The notes beneath the pieces are model-generated. The model searched no databases. It was not told the DNA's origin and saw nothing but the letters and a program-made list of their open reading frames with translations. This document shows positions 25,720 through 38,344 of a stretch of DNA of 64,000 nt, in pieces (position 1 is the first letter of the stretch; each line of letters begins with the position of its first letter). Made by a program: the position numbers and the translations under genes. The stretch is from Leidyana gryllorum EB-2025a. Taxonomy: Eukaryota > Protista > Apicomplexa. The DNA lies in contig JBLWGC010000104.1 of NCBI GenBank assembly GCA_048772705.1, forward strand, positions 682,001 to 746,000, read 5' to 3'.

Positions 25720-28700
25720 TCAAAAGCATAGTGAGAAACCAGCCATCGGCCTGCGACAATATGGACACCCTTTGGGCAAAGCTCGCTCGTAGCACTTTTG
25801 ACACAGAATCTTCGAGCAGCACGCCGTCTTGGCCATTGACTCTTCACAACAGATCTCACAGATTGTCTCCTCAAAGGTCGCCGCACTCGTTGTCACCTCA
25901 GCTTCCTGCAGAGGCGGTGATCTCCCTTTCACCGGTCGCTTGATGGGTCGCACAGGTCGAAGCCAAGCCGCCGGCGGTGGGGGGTCGACTACAGGTGTTG
26001 GAGTCGGTGTCCCGTCACTCATCATCGAACTCGCGCTCTCGGTACCGATGCCTCTCATACCGAATCGACTCTCATTGTTCAGAGCTGCACGCACCCGGCG
26101 AACATTCAGTTTTGATTGGACGCGTCCGGCCAACTTGGCGCTGGCATCACTCTGCTGGGACGAGTTTGTGGCTGCAAAGAAGTCTGTCACCCGTAACCCT
26201 TTCTTGGGCTCATTTTTCACTTCCCTCAACACCTCTGCTGCCTTCTCGCTCTTCCGTAACACTTTCTGATTCGCCAACACAGCCTTTGTCAGTTGACTCT
26301 CACTCTTCGTCGGCTCAGCCTCGTCTTGGGACTCCAAGTCTGCCGCCCACGACTCGTCGGGAGACGCCATTGACGTGGCCGAAGTCGTGGAAGGCTTCGG
26401 CCGTGGCGGCGGAGGGGGGGGAGGAGGTAGCGGTTGCGCAGCTGTTACTTGGGCCGCAGCAGACGCACTTCTACGCTCAAAGAAGCCCTCCAGCTTCTTT
26501 GATATCATTTCCCACGGCTGCGCTGTCTGCATCTGGCTCGAGTACAGCCGTTTCACAATCCATCCAGATAGATCGTGAAGACGATCTTTGCTCCCATACC
26601 GGGGATCCACAAACAGTATGGCTCCGTAGTCATGTCGATGCCGAACCACTCGGCCAGCCGCTTGATTCACCGCCATACTGAGAAGAAGGGCTCAGTGTGG
26701 GGCAGAGAGAGAGATATTCCGATATTCCACTCACCTCGCTTGTTTGGCGTACCAGGACTGACCATCGACTCGAGCGTTCTTACTGCTCAGAGGATTGGCA
26801 TTGAAGATTTGCTTTTTGATGGCAATTCTGCGATGGGACCATTGTGTGTCAGAGTGAAACTGGAAGGGTCGATAAGTGGGTGGGTGGGTCGGTGAGTCGG
26901 TGAGTTGATTGCTGGGCCCTTCTCCTCACCTCAAGTCGCCAACGGCTGGAAAGGGGATTCCAATGACTATAACGAGTCGACAAAGCTCGTCGGAGAGTGA
27001 GAGACCCTCAGACAAGCGGCCTCGGCAGACCCCAAAGAAGACGGCACCCGAGGTTCCATGTCCCACATATTGATTCTTGATACTCCTTCGTTTCCCCTTG
27101 TTGCGACCATAGCCACTCTCGATGACGGTTTTGTAATCCTCAATCATCGCGGCCGCTTGGTGAGCGTCTGAAGAAGGGCTAAAGTGTGGAGGGGGCAGAG
27201 AGTTGCTGACCTGGAGGTTCGACGAATACTTCTTTGTACGAGTTGATACTCTGCCAGATGGTGCCTCGTGACCAGCTGTTGAGCGGGAGATGTAGTCATT
27301 GGCCTCGCAACAGAGACGCCGAACACTCACGTCTCTACTGAACGGTTCATCTGAGCATAGGAAGGGAAGAAGACGAGAATTCCGTCCCTTCTGACGGTTC
27401 TGCAGGCGTCAACAATGATCTGTCCCAACTCGTCGAAGATGCCCTTATTGTTCTTAAGAGACTGAGAATGGATCATTGATTGTGGCAGCGGGACAACGGA
27501 CTCACGTCGTATGTCATAAGCATTCTGGAACCTCGGGGTCCCGTGCCGACGATTGCAGTGAATAATTGATCGTCATCGATAACGTGCTGATTCTCGAGCT
27601 GAATAGGAAATTTGATGTGAGTATCGCCCAATTGTAGTTCCTGCGCATCCAATGGCTTCAGTGTGCCCGAGGTGACGATGAGACTGTGGCAGGGATCGGT
27701 GTGCTCGTGCGGGTTTTCGAAGAATGGCAATAGAGCCACATGTGCGGCGAAGGACCAGAAACACAATTTGCGGGGGGAATTGGCCGCTTGGGCCCATCTG
27801 TCCCCAATGAGTGACGCCCGTTTGGGCAGATCGACGGAAGATTGGCCGCCGTCTGTGATGACAGCTCTAAATTTCTTGGAACACTGCGCGACTTCAGGGG
27901 ACCACAGAACGCCCAGAGCGTGATGGATATTCTCCACGCGGACCGATAACCCTTGACAGGTCTGAGCGTCTGCATCATTGTCTTCGGCTTCAAACGCGAA
28001 GGATTCTAATGCTAATCCAAGCCGTCGCAAGAGGCCTTGGAGGGTGAGATTGGCTGCACGATCTAATGCGAAGCCGTTCAATGTCTTGAGAAACTCTTCC
28101 AGTGTCTGAACCATAACGAGTTCATCTTTGTTCACTGGAGAGGGTCGCAAATCAACAGATATTAAATAGTCTAACAACTTGCTGAAGACCGGTGTGTACT
28201 CCTTCAGATTCACGGCGTCCGCCGCAGAGAGCTTCTCTGATAAGTAACACACACACGCACGCTTTTGCGCTGATCCCGAGATCAGATCACTCACCATCTC
28301 CGCTCTTCTCCTCTTTCCCGCCTCCGGACTCTTCATTCACTCTAACGACTTGGGGAGCCCATTCAATGGCGCGAATGACTCCGATTATGTCGTGCACACT
28401 GAGCTCGAACGAGGTGGCCTCTTCAGCCGTTCTTTGGTAAAAGTTTGAGAAAGTCCAAAGAAAGGGTCACTTACGACTCCAGATTGTGGGCCTCGTCCAC
28501 AATAATGACGTCTCCGCCCATTGTCAGTCCCAATCGATCCCGCATTCCAGAGTTGACCAGATAGTTGTAAGGTACAAAGATGACCGAAGCCGTCTTCTGG
28601 ACCTCTCGGGCTGCGTAGAAGGGACAGAATGGTCGAGGCGCGTGGATTGGCTGCGAGTGATATGAGTCAGCGAGGGTGGCGACGATCGCGATCTTACGTG

Positions 28701-29861
28701 ACCCATTTGAGCAACTTGGCGCAATCCCTCGACGTCGTATGCACACGAGCCGAATAGATCTCCCTTCTTCAAGGCCGAGTCACAGCCAGAATGCCATAGA
28801 CACTGTTTCTTTGAGGTCTGTTTCTTACACCACGTGTTCAACTGGCTCCCCTTCAGATTGTTGTTGGCCATGACCTCGGGATGTATGCAGTAGTGATCCC
28901 GAGACGCCAAACAGACGCTGCGGAGTTTGTAGAGATCCTCAATGTCTGGAGCCCCTTTGCTCTGTCCGGGAGCCTTGTTTTCCTGACGCTCTTCAGTCGA
29001 CGGCGGAGTGACCGACGCGTGGCTGATCCCAACTCCATAATAAGGAGTCTTCTTCATTTCCTGTACCACCTGAGTCAGCTGGGAGTGGGTTCTGCGATGT
29101 GAGGAGCAATGCGGAGACGAAGAGTTCGAAGTGGCTCACCTGGAGGCATAGAATATACGTGGCAGATGTTCCGGGAGCACTTTGCTCCCGGGTGTCGGGA
29201 CCGGAACGGGTTTTTGTTCGGCAAAGGCGGCCAAATGATCCTCGAGATCATCGAATCCGGCGGTGATGCACTCTGATCCCTTCTTCCCAGCAGCTTTAGA
29301 TCTGGAGGTCATCACTGCTGTGGTGAAGGATTTGGCCTCTGACACTTTGGGGTTGGGCAGTTTGCCCTGACTGATCGCATATTGCCATGCCAAGACAACA
29401 CTGAGGAGACACATTGTTTTCCCGGTGCCCGTAGGGCTTTCGAGCAAAGCATTCTGCTTATTCATGAGAGCATTAGCGACATTAGCCATATAGGCCTGTT
29501 GACATGGATAGGGCTGATAGGGAAAGGCGACTTCCAGATCGCCAAACTTGAGAAGTTGACATTGATCAAACTTGACAACGGGAGGTTCTGCCACACTTTT
29601 AACGCTGTTTGGGAGTTGACGGAAGAACGCTTTGTTGGTGTTCGATTTACTGTGCAGACTGGTCTGCACGTACTCAGATGCGCTGTTCTTGTTGAAGACT
29701 TCGTGCACCCGAGACGCAGGCTTGGATCTGGAATTGGAGGTAGCTCCAGCTCCAGCAACAGAAGCAGAAGTGTTCTTCTTGCCCTTAACCGTCTGAATCC
29801 AGCTACGGGTCCCCCCGCCTCGTTGTACCACAGCTATGGACTTGCGGGTGGCACTGACCAT
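25720..29861 (-). CDS. RTEL1: RTEL1/FANCJ-like Fe-S DEAH helicase with C-terminal RING finger
   Basis: FPYQPYPCQ (Q motif), [49 protein letters not shown] and [13 protein letters not shown]-terminal CEICC...[10 protein letters not shown]...CPYC. Multiple short introns. Confidence 0.88.
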
Positions 29862-29919
29862 TGTTGGCTGGCGGTTGTGTGTTGGAGGAGACTGACTACC
29901 AGATACATATTGATGGTGG

Positions 29920-29982
29920 AGAGCGAGCGAGCGATCGAGCGAGAGAGAGAGAGTCAGACTTAGAGTTCGTTCGTTCGTTCGT
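29920..29982. repeat. Mixed microsatellite (GAGC)n/(GA)n/(GTTC)n between PGM stop and RTEL1 start
   Basis: gagcgagcgagcgatcgagcgagagagagagag...gttcgttcgttcgttcgt. Confidence 0.8.
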
Positions 29983-30061
29983 AGAGACGAGGAATTGATT
30001 ATATAAAGGAAAGAGCACACCTTAGACACAGGCGGGTTCGATGGTCAATTTAGGAAAAGGT

Positions 30062-31780
30062 CTAAGTGATAACAGTGGGGTGATTGCGAGAGGTGAACTT
30101 GGGGATGCGGCTCATATCGACGGCAACGGCGACGAGTTCCTCCATGGCTTCGGCGGTGGGCATTCCGAGCTTATCTGCGGCGTGTTCTGCCTTCTCCAGG
30201 TAGAGACGGATAGTGGCGCCGGCAGAACCCGTTCCGGAAAGTCTCAGAACAAAGCGCGAGCCGTCCACGAAATGGACTCGGACGCCTTGGTTAGGGGAGA
30301 AGGACTTGTCGATGGGGTCGGTGTAGGCGAAAATATCGACGTTGGCGACGGGGTGGTTGCGGAGGTATTCCCGAGAGCTCTCGGAGAGTTCCGAATCGTT
30401 CGCGGCGTTTGCGGGTTCGATCTTGGAAACGTGTTCCATAACTCTGTTTGCGGCCTCGGGGTCGACATTTTCGTAATCGTAGCGGGTGTAGTAGTTCCTT
30501 CCGTATTCTGCCCAGAATTCCTCGTTGATTTGCTGTACAGAGACGAAAGGGCCACCCTCGGAGTTACGGTATGCGAGAATAGACATCCACGCCAAGACAG
30601 CCCACAAGCCGTCCTTCTCTCGGACGTGATCACTTCCGGTCCCGAAACTCTCCTCACCGCAAATACTCAATTTTCCAGCATCCATCAAGTTACCAAAGAA
30701 CTTCCAGCCTGTGGGCACTTCATAATGTTCCACACCAATCTTTTCCGCCACTGATTTCAGACTCATCGACGTGGGCATTGATCGTGCGACACCTTTGAGT
30801 CCATCCTTGAAGTACGGAATACACTTCTGGGCGTAGGCAGCAATAATAGCAACACTGTCGGACGGAGTGACAAACCAACCGCGACCGAGAATCATATTAC
30901 GATCGTTGTCCCCGTCGCCAGCCGCGCCAAACATCGGCGTAGACGCATCCACAGCTTCTGGAGTTTTCACCTTGAGCAGTTCCACCAGTCCTTTGGCATA
31001 TGTCAGATTGGGATCCGGATGACAGCCACCAAAATCGGGCAACGGGTCGCACTGAAGCAGCGACTTGGCTGAAGCGCCCAACTCGTCCACGAACACCGCT
31101 TTAGCATAAGGACCAGCGATACCGTTGAGGCCGTCGTACACGAACGAAAAGTTCTCATTCGCCACCAGACGTTTCAACAACTCAAAGTCAAACACGTTTC
31201 TCATCAGCTTGAGCCAGTCTTCGACCGGATCAATCACCTCAACCACGAAACCCGGCGCCGGTTCAGTTCTGCCCAATTTGGTCAGATCAATCTCAGGAAG
31301 AGGCACGCGATGATATTCAGAGATGCTCTGAGTATGTTCGTAGATTTTGTTCGTCAACGACTCCAATGCCGGACCTCCATGACCGCAGTTATATTTGACT
31401 CCAAAATCTTCTGTCGGTCCGCCCGGATTGTGCGATGCAGTCAGAAGAATTCCACCCGCACAACAGCCACCCTCACGTTCACGAATGATAGCAGAGCCCG
31501 CAGGAGTAGACACCCAACCATTTTTTCCGATCCACACGCGACCAACGCCGTTACCCGCTGCGATTTCCGCGATTATTTGGATCGCCTTGTCGTTCCAGTA
31601 ACGTCCATCACCGCTAACCAAGAGTGTCTTTCCAGTGTATTCCTCCTTGGGTAGAGCGTTAAACAAGGATTGAATGAAGTTGGCTAAATAATTATCTTGT
31701 TGGAATACCAACACCTTCTTCCTTAGACCAGAAGTGCCAGGCTTCTGACCTGCATAAGGCGTAGTCTTTATGGTTTCCAT
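30062..31780 (-). CDS. PGM: Phosphoglucomutase (PGM1/parafusin family), intronless
   Basis: QKPGTSGLRK, TASHNPGG (catalytic Ser), DGDNDR (metal binding), CGEESFG and RLSGTGS. Confidence 0.97.
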   Translation of the reverse strand: METIKTTPYAGQKPGTSGLRKKVLVFQQDNYLANFIQSLFNALPKEEYTGKTLLVSGDGRYWNDKAIQIIAEIAAGNGVGRVWIGKNGWVSTPAGSAIIREREGGCCAGGILLTASHNPGGPTEDFGVKYNCGHGGPALESLTNKIYEHTQSISEYHRVPLPEIDLTKLGRTEPAPGFVVEVIDPVEDWLKLMRNVFDFELLKRLVANENFSFVYDGLNGIAGPYAKAVFVDELGASAKSLLQCDPLPDFGGCHPDPNLTYAKGLVELLKVKTPEAVDASTPMFGAAGDGDNDRNMILGRGWFVTPSDSVAIIAAYAQKCIPYFKDGLKGVARSMPTSMSLKSVAEKIGVEHYEVPTGWKFFGNLMDAGKLSICGEESFGTGSDHVREKDGLWAVLAWMSILAYRNSEGGPFVSVQQINEEFWAEYGRNYYTRYDYENVDPEAANRVMEHVSKIEPANAANDSELSESSREYLRNHPVANVDIFAYTDPIDKSFSPNQGVRVHFVDGSRFVLRLSGTGSAGATIRLYLEKAEHAADKLGMPTAEAMEELVAVAVDMSRIPKFTSRNHPTVIT

Positions 31781-31957
31781 CTCCAACACAAAAATTGAAT
31801 CACTATTTACTCTTCACTCAGATTTATATGCAACACCGTACACTGTGTGCGAAACCTACAGATCACCCAATCCAGCCCCTCCACTATCCCTATACACTGA
31901 CATACACATCGTCGCGTCTTTGTGTCTGTGTCTATGCGTATGTCTCACACCTTTCTA

Positions 31958-34378
31958 TCAAAACACCTGTGGGCCCCCGGCAGGGTGCTTCGCGCGAGCG
32001 CGTAGATCTTCCAACGTGTTCTCAAAGAACGAAAGGGCACCCCGATGTGTGTGCAACTGTGAGACACACCATACAGATCATTACTCGATAGCGTTCAAAC
32101 TTACATTTTGACTCAGAGGTGCAGACACAATCTGACCTGTGCTCCCTCCCAGAACAATCCCTTTGCCTTCCATCACGAATTCGACGCTCGTCAAAGCGGC
32201 TCGAGAGATCACTTCTTGCCGAACCACTGGTTGATACCAAGACTTGTTCAGATTATACAGACTGACTGCCCCGGCCGCATCTGCGCACGCAAACACGCAC
32301 GGGTGAGATGGCGACCACTTGGTAGCCATTATATAGTCATGAGCAGGCTCGAACGAATGTAAAGGAGTCTTCCCTCCGTCCCAAAGTTTCACAGTCCAGT
32401 CCAGCGAGCTGGTCAAAACCAGATCTGCGCAAGTGAAAGGTATTGTCGGCAGGTTACAGTCAGCAGCTGTGCTCACCGCCTCCGATAATTTCCTCTGTGA
32501 CAATGTCTGGCCGGATCGACACTGATGTGATCGGACTTTTGTGCCAACGGTTGTCATTCGTCTCCACAGGCGGGGAAACGAGCTGCTGAGCTATAACTTC
32601 TCCAGTTTGCACACTGGCATGATAGACAGATCCGTCTTCACAACCGGCCACCACTCTGTTGTGCTTGACATCCGAGGATAGAGCCAAAACCTTCCGAACG
32701 CCCGCAGTCTCAGGAGCTATGCCGGGTCGCTGAGCGACACCACTTGGGTTTTCAGACACTTTGAACTTGAGATCGAAATGATTCGTCAGGGTCATGTTCA
32801 GTGCCACTGCCCACAAACAGGCTCTGTTCTCTGCAACCGACACAGTCACCGATCACAATTCAAAGCCGAGTCAGATTCGCACCTTGATCGATCGTGAGAA
32901 GTTGTGGGCTGTGAGCAGACCCAACCATTTGTACCGTTTGCACTTGGCAGTGGTGCCCTTCCTTTACCAATCGTGTCTTTTGGACTGGCCGTTGCTGTTC
33001 GGGGCAAAGGGAGATCTCCTCCGCAACGACAGCTCACTCACCGAGACTCTAACATCCCATAACAATACTGAACCAGCACTGGTACCCCCAATAACAACGT
33101 GAGGATTGTAAGGGTTAAAATCGGCGCAGGTCACAGGCGAGTGACTAACCATAACATGCTCGGGCCGAGTGTTGCTCTCGAGGGACCAAATCAAACAGGT
33201 GCCATCTGCTTCGCTGATTCCAGCATCCCGTCGGCGTCCATAGGTGGCCAGGAACACATTTTGAAACTATAGAATGAGATATAGACGGAATCCTCTTTGC
33301 CGATGCTCCGATCCCACCTTCGGACTGCTGCGTATGGCATTGACCGGTCTGTGAGCAGAGAATCGCAATTCTTCGAATACACGCAAATCTCCCAACTTCT
33401 CTAATGCTTGGCTGTCAAACAGTCAGTCCCCGTATTTCAATCAAGAACGACGTCAATACCCACCTACCCTTCGCCAGCAGCAGTTTGAACCCCCGTATAA
33501 TCTCGAAATACATTGACGATCTTGTCTTGATTCAATACTTTCTCCAGTGTCAACGTTGTGCGCTCAATAAAACTTCTAAATTCGTCCGACTCCAATATCG
33601 ACTGTCTTTCCTCCTCCGTCAGGTCTGAGAAGACGAGAGCGAAACATATCTTCATCACAACGCATCCTTCTCACCAACAGGGCTCGGGGCTTCCGTCTCG
33701 ACTTCAACTGGGGCCACCCCCTTCTCTGTCGAGTCAGCAGCCATCTCCGGAGCTGGCTGAGTCTGATCGACAGCAGCTACGGCAGGAACTTGGCCCTCCA
33801 CAGTGGGTGGCTGTCAAAAGCGATCGTCCAGATGCAAAACCCCTCTTACCGAGACTTCGGCTGCAACCGTCACACTATCTACAAAATCAGAGCGTTTGAT
33901 CTCTCCTTGCTCGGTCTGAGACGACTTCTCCAGCATGGTGACATGTTGTGCAGCCGGAAGGGCAGTGTCCAATAAAGGAGCCTGACGTTCCGCCGGCTTG
34001 GCAGCTGCTTGAGCCCTGCAAATAGAACACCACCCATTAATATAGGCGTCGTCTAGCAAAGACATTACTCAGTCTCGCTGCCTTTTGGAGATGGTTCTAG
34101 ATCGACCACCGGCAACTGGCCTGCGACCTCCCTCTTCGCTTGCTCAGCCAAAGCCAAAGCCTCCTTCAGATAAGATGAAGTGTCTCTCGGTTGCTCTGCC
34201 AGAGGCGCATGCTCTCCCAATTGTGCTCGCAACCTCTCCAGTAGCTGACGTCTCTGTGCCACCTCCCTCTGACGATCCTCGATGGTTTTCAGCAGATCCG
34301 CCCTCTGGGAATCATCCAGACGCCTGCCCGGCTGCAACAAGTGTTCAACTCATCACAATCACTCACTTGTTGTGTCAT
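31958..34378 (-). CDS. Cytoplasmic dynein intermediate chain (WD40)
   Basis: N-terminal coiled coil, EERQSILESDEFRSFIERTT..LEKVL, DGTCLIWSL...PEHV, GGTSAGSVLLWD, LTSSLDWTVKLW and WSPSHPCVFA. Many short introns; start ATG ACA CAA CAA|gtgag. Confidence 0.85.
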
Positions 34379-34427
34379 CCCAAAAAACTTCACGACTGTT
34401 TGTATCTCGACCTCTCATGAAGATTTG

Positions 34428-35120
34428 ATGACCATGTTGGTTGGTCTCCTACTGGTCGTTACCCAACTGTTGGGAATTCTTTCACAATCCCTGACTGTGG
34501 TCTTTGACGAGTGTGCGGCCGCGTATCCGGCCTGCCAGCGTGTAACGAGTACTAATACCTTTCTCGAGTGCCGAGAGGTCGTCTTCGAAGACCAAGTTTG
34601 CGAATTCGCTGTGGTCAACGCTACCGTACTACTACACGAACGCCAGTTATGCTATACTCCGGATTACGGAAACGAGGCCATATTTTCGTTATCAGTCTTT
34701 GAGGGTCTTGTGATCACAGATGAAATCAACGTTTATCCCGACTTTGGCGCTGATGATGGATGCAACGATTATCCCCGCCAGCTTAAAATGGTGCGCCAGG
34801 TCACTGACAATGTGCAATGTAATACTGAACGATTTGACACACCGTATGTCAATTCCTGCCAACAAAACGTGATCACTATACACGTGAAAGGAATGCGCGT
34901 TGACAGCGTGTCACATTTTTCTGTGGACGTGGGGAATGGGTTGCTGGCCCCCATCGTCGTTACGTTGGCTTCACCCTCACTTCCTGTCCGATCAAGCTCC
35001 TCCACGAGACCTGCTAGTGGCGGGGCCATCAGTCCACCACCCCTTTCCGCATCGAATGTGGCAGGAACATACCTGACTCCCTGGCTGATGCTGTTGCTAC
35101 CTCTATTGGCCATATTCTAA
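34428..35120 (+). CDS. Cys-containing secreted, probably GPI-anchored surface protein
   Basis: Signal peptide MLVGLLLVVTQLLGILSQS, 8 Cys, a Ser/Pro stalk and a hydrophobic C-terminus WLMLLLPLLAIF. Confidence 0.7.
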   Translation: MTMLVGLLLVVTQLLGILSQSLTVVFDECAAAYPACQRVTSTNTFLECREVVFEDQVCEFAVVNATVLLHERQLCYTPDYGNEAIFSLSVFEGLVITDEINVYPDFGADDGCNDYPRQLKMVRQVTDNVQCNTERFDTPYVNSCQQNVITIHVKGMRVDSVSHFSVDVGNGLLAPIVVTLASPSLPVRSSSSTRPASGGAISPPPLSASNVAGTYLTPWLMLLLPLLAIF

Positions 35121-36154
35121 AGCTCGATGTACCACCCAACGAATGATGTCGGCTTCACCAAAATTATAGTATAAACAATGGCTAGTGTCTCTGTACAGGC
35201 TGCGATTTTGGTGCCGCCACAGGATGCACCTCCTGGCACGGCAAACTGTGAGGCGGCGGCGGTAACTGCTCAACGAACTCAGTGTCCCCCTCAGCTGCCT
35301 CACATTCCTCCGCCTGCCGTTCACATGACCTTTCAACTGACGGATGACCGGAGGTCAAAGCTTACCTGACCAGCCACATGCTCGGCATGATGGAGAGCTT
35401 CCAGTTTCTGCGCTTCCACCTTCGCTAAGCTCTCGGCATCGCCTCGTTCCAGCGCTGCCAGTCGCTCGGCCTCCACGCTTTCCACCTCCTGTAATTCCTT
35501 TTCTTCCTTCATTTGGTCCTCTGCGACGACTCTTTCGATGCAAACGCCAACGGGGATGGGACAGCGACTTACCTGCGAGAGCTTCTGCATTTTCATTTTC
35601 TTTCGTCTTGAGAACCCGCATATCCTCGTCCAAGTCCTGTTCGCGCTGCCGGATGGCCTGAGACAGATGTCGTTACCCAAGTTGTACAGCGTACCATCTC
35701 CTCTTTATGTATGGCGTCTCGCAGATGCCGCTCTGCAATGATTCATGAAGATTTCTACCTGACACAGGCTACCTTTGTTATGGAAGTCCGTTCTCTCCTC
35801 CTGTCGCAAATGACGTCACAATCACGTTTCCTACTCTACTCACCATTGCTTGTTCCTCGACTTTTTGCTGTTCAGCGTCGGCTTTGACTTGCTCATTTTC
35901 TTTCAAGTCCTCGATCTGTTAAGTTCAAGACTCGCATACGGTGAAGCTCCCCGACAGTCTCCTCACCAAGGCCAGTTTCGCCTCCGCTGCTTTGGCATGT
36001 TCCTCCTGATCTTGGACAAATTCGCTGCGCTCATGATGCTCGACCGATCAATCGTTCTAACCTGGTTCGTTCCTCGCTTTGGCTTCCGGCCGCCAGTAAC
36101 TGATTACTGACTGCATTATATCGCACTAAGTACTCACCTCCTGCGCCCGCCCAT
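35103..36154 (-). CDS. Multi-exon Glu-rich coiled-coil hypothetical protein
   Basis: GT..AG-bounded exons join as EEHAKAAEAKLAL / IEDLKENEQVK / AIRQREQDLDED / EEKELQEVESVEAERLAALE. Both ends are uncertain. Confidence 0.45.
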
Positions 36155-36484
36155 GTTCGTCTTGGTGATCCGATTGCGCTTCTTGAGCACTCTCAATCAT
36201 GTGCGCCAACGGGCCAATCACGTCCTCAGCATGTTCCACTCCGCGAGCTGACTTCGTCCCACCCACAATGTTGATGATTGGACCTTAAGAAGGAAGATAC
36301 GTTGAGAGAAGTTGGGCTGCCTACCATTGCCCGGGTCAATCATCGGGCCCTTTTCGACTTCCGTGAATGATGGTGACAAAGCATTCCGCACCCATCGGGC
36401 GCCGTCTGCACGTCCGATGCTCAGAATGATTAATGTCAAACACCTTTTCGTCATGAAGTGATATTCGCACACGCGTGCGAAAGT

Positions 36485-37735
36485 ATGACCACCGAAGTTA
36501 TTACCCGGACCCAATGCCTGACCGCCCTACAATCCCTCAACGTCATCAAGAACGCTGTTCGGAGCGCCTTCTCTAGCATTGGTGAGAAATTGAATCTGTG
36601 TCAAAGACGATCTGCAGCATATTTACGTAACTTGTTCGAAGAAGATGCATTCGAAGATAAAACAATTGGTGACCTGCAGCTGAAGTTACTAAGGCCGCAC
36701 GGGCCCGAGGCTGCATTGGTACTGAGTTGGTTTGAACGAGGTAAGCGAGTAAATGCACGATCAAGAAGTCCTTTTGTACGCAGGTGTTTTCGACGCTTTG
36801 GAGAAACAGTATCTTCGCTTGCTTGCTTTTGGAATTCATAGTTGCAGCGACGAGTTGTTGGAGGTAAGTGATCTGTAGCACTGGATGATACTACAGGGGT
36901 GGAAAGTGTTATCATTTCAGATTTACGTACGATGAAGATGGAACGAGTATGAACGTGACTAGGAAGAATGGTGTGTCCGACGCAACTTCGGCCGCTAAAA
37001 TTGTTCCACGTGACCAAGCGCGCGACCAGACTCTATCCCTCATCAAATCTGTAAGTTTGTGCACTAATATTGTTCTCAGTATTCCGTTAGCTTATTGTAT
37101 TGACTCAATCCTTAACTCCCCTCCCTCCAATGCATCATTTGTCCCTCAAACTATGGTATTATGATGAGAGGGTTCCAGATGATTATGAGCCCGAGTTTTT
37201 TCGTCCCACTGATCCAGAGCACCAACTACGCTTTGGCACACTACCGCAGGTATGTTAGTACATGCACTGGTAGAAAACTCGTGTGATCAGGATTGTGATA
37301 TAGGAGAATTGAACACTGGCATCCATGGTATCGCCGTGAGGATCAAAACCGTTGCAGAAGCTGAGGAGTCAATCGCTGAGGACGAGGAAAATATCTCAGA
37401 GCGCTTTAGCACCTCCACTACTGCTTCCGAAAATAAGGAAGACGAGACGGTGCTGTCGCGATGGCTGTCCGATCATGAGACCTTCAGCAAGAGCGACCTC
37501 ATAGCGGCGTTCGAACTGGATGATCGCAGTGCGGCCGCAACTATCCAGCGCTTACAGCGCTCGGGTATCATCGGACGGTAAGTTGAGTTTGATCTGGTTC
37601 GATCACTATGGGTCAAACAACAGGTACGACAGACGGACCAAGTGCTACACGGTTCAGGGCAAGAGTAGCAGAAATTGCTACAAGGCCTTGGACGATCTCT
37701 CCACCCCTCCCCTCAAGAGAGCGCGAGTAGCTTAA
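36485..37735 (+). CDS. HOP1: HORMA-domain meiotic axis protein (Hop1/HORMAD-like)
   Basis: Spliced: SSIAYLRNLFEEDAF, W.ERGVFDALEKQYLR, LLESYHFRFTY, LTQSLTPLP and KLWYYDERVPDDYEPEFF. Confidence 0.88.
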
Positions 37736-37751
37736 AAATTTATCGTTTGGT

Positions 37752-38243
37752 ATGCGATGGATTCCAAGGATCCGAGAAGGTTATGCCCCTGGTTCCATCA
37801 TTAGTCAAGCCTTATATGGACTAGCTGTACAGTCAAGCTTGGTAGCCTCGGAAAGGAACTTGGAAGGATTGGTATTGCAGCCGGGCAATGACGATTCCAA
37901 TAGAGGCTCACTCGCTGTCATGCGACTTGAAGCTACTTTGGTTGACACTTTGGATCAATTACATGGGCTTATCGGCGAGATGCGTGGCAACTCATTGGGG
38001 ATGAAGGCGGTTTTACCGCATGATAATGTTCCCAAATCGAGAAGTTCGAGATTGCGCACATGGGATTCTGAGTTGAAAAGCCCATTTCGGAGATGTCCCC
38101 CGATCGACGAGTCCGCGCTTGTAGGATTTGGGTCAGCAGCCGCTCTCGAAGCGCTGTATGAACGGAAGACTGATAAGTCGCTGACCCAAATCCACACGCG
38201 TCTCGGTCGTCGAACAGCCGACACATCGGCGAACGGTGCTTGA
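37752..38243 (+). CDS. Hypothetical protein (163 aa)
   Basis: ATG-initiated ORF filling the gap between HOP1 and the convergent GAS2-like gene; no motif recognised. Confidence 0.45.
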   Translation: MRWIPRIREGYAPGSIISQALYGLAVQSSLVASERNLEGLVLQPGNDDSNRGSLAVMRLEATLVDTLDQLHGLIGEMRGNSLGMKAVLPHDNVPKSRSSRLRTWDSELKSPFRRCPPIDESALVGFGSAAALEALYERKTDKSLTQIHTRLGRRTADTSANGA

Positions 38244-38344
38244 CTGCGCCCATAGGGAGCATCGGATATTTTATATATACGTCGAATTCCACACCAGACA
38301 AACAAACACACACACACAATGACTTCGAGGCTTTCTCTCCTCAA

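Noticed and set aside
29862-30029. N-terminal extension of RTEL1 ORF from ATG 30029
   Set aside because: It translates microsatellite sequence; ATG 29861 is the more plausible start.
30041-30754. 237-aa ORF antisense to PGM (similarly 59754-60158 over RPS15 and 62670-63179 over CmoA)
   Set aside because: Typical shadow ORFs from biased codon usage of the real genes.
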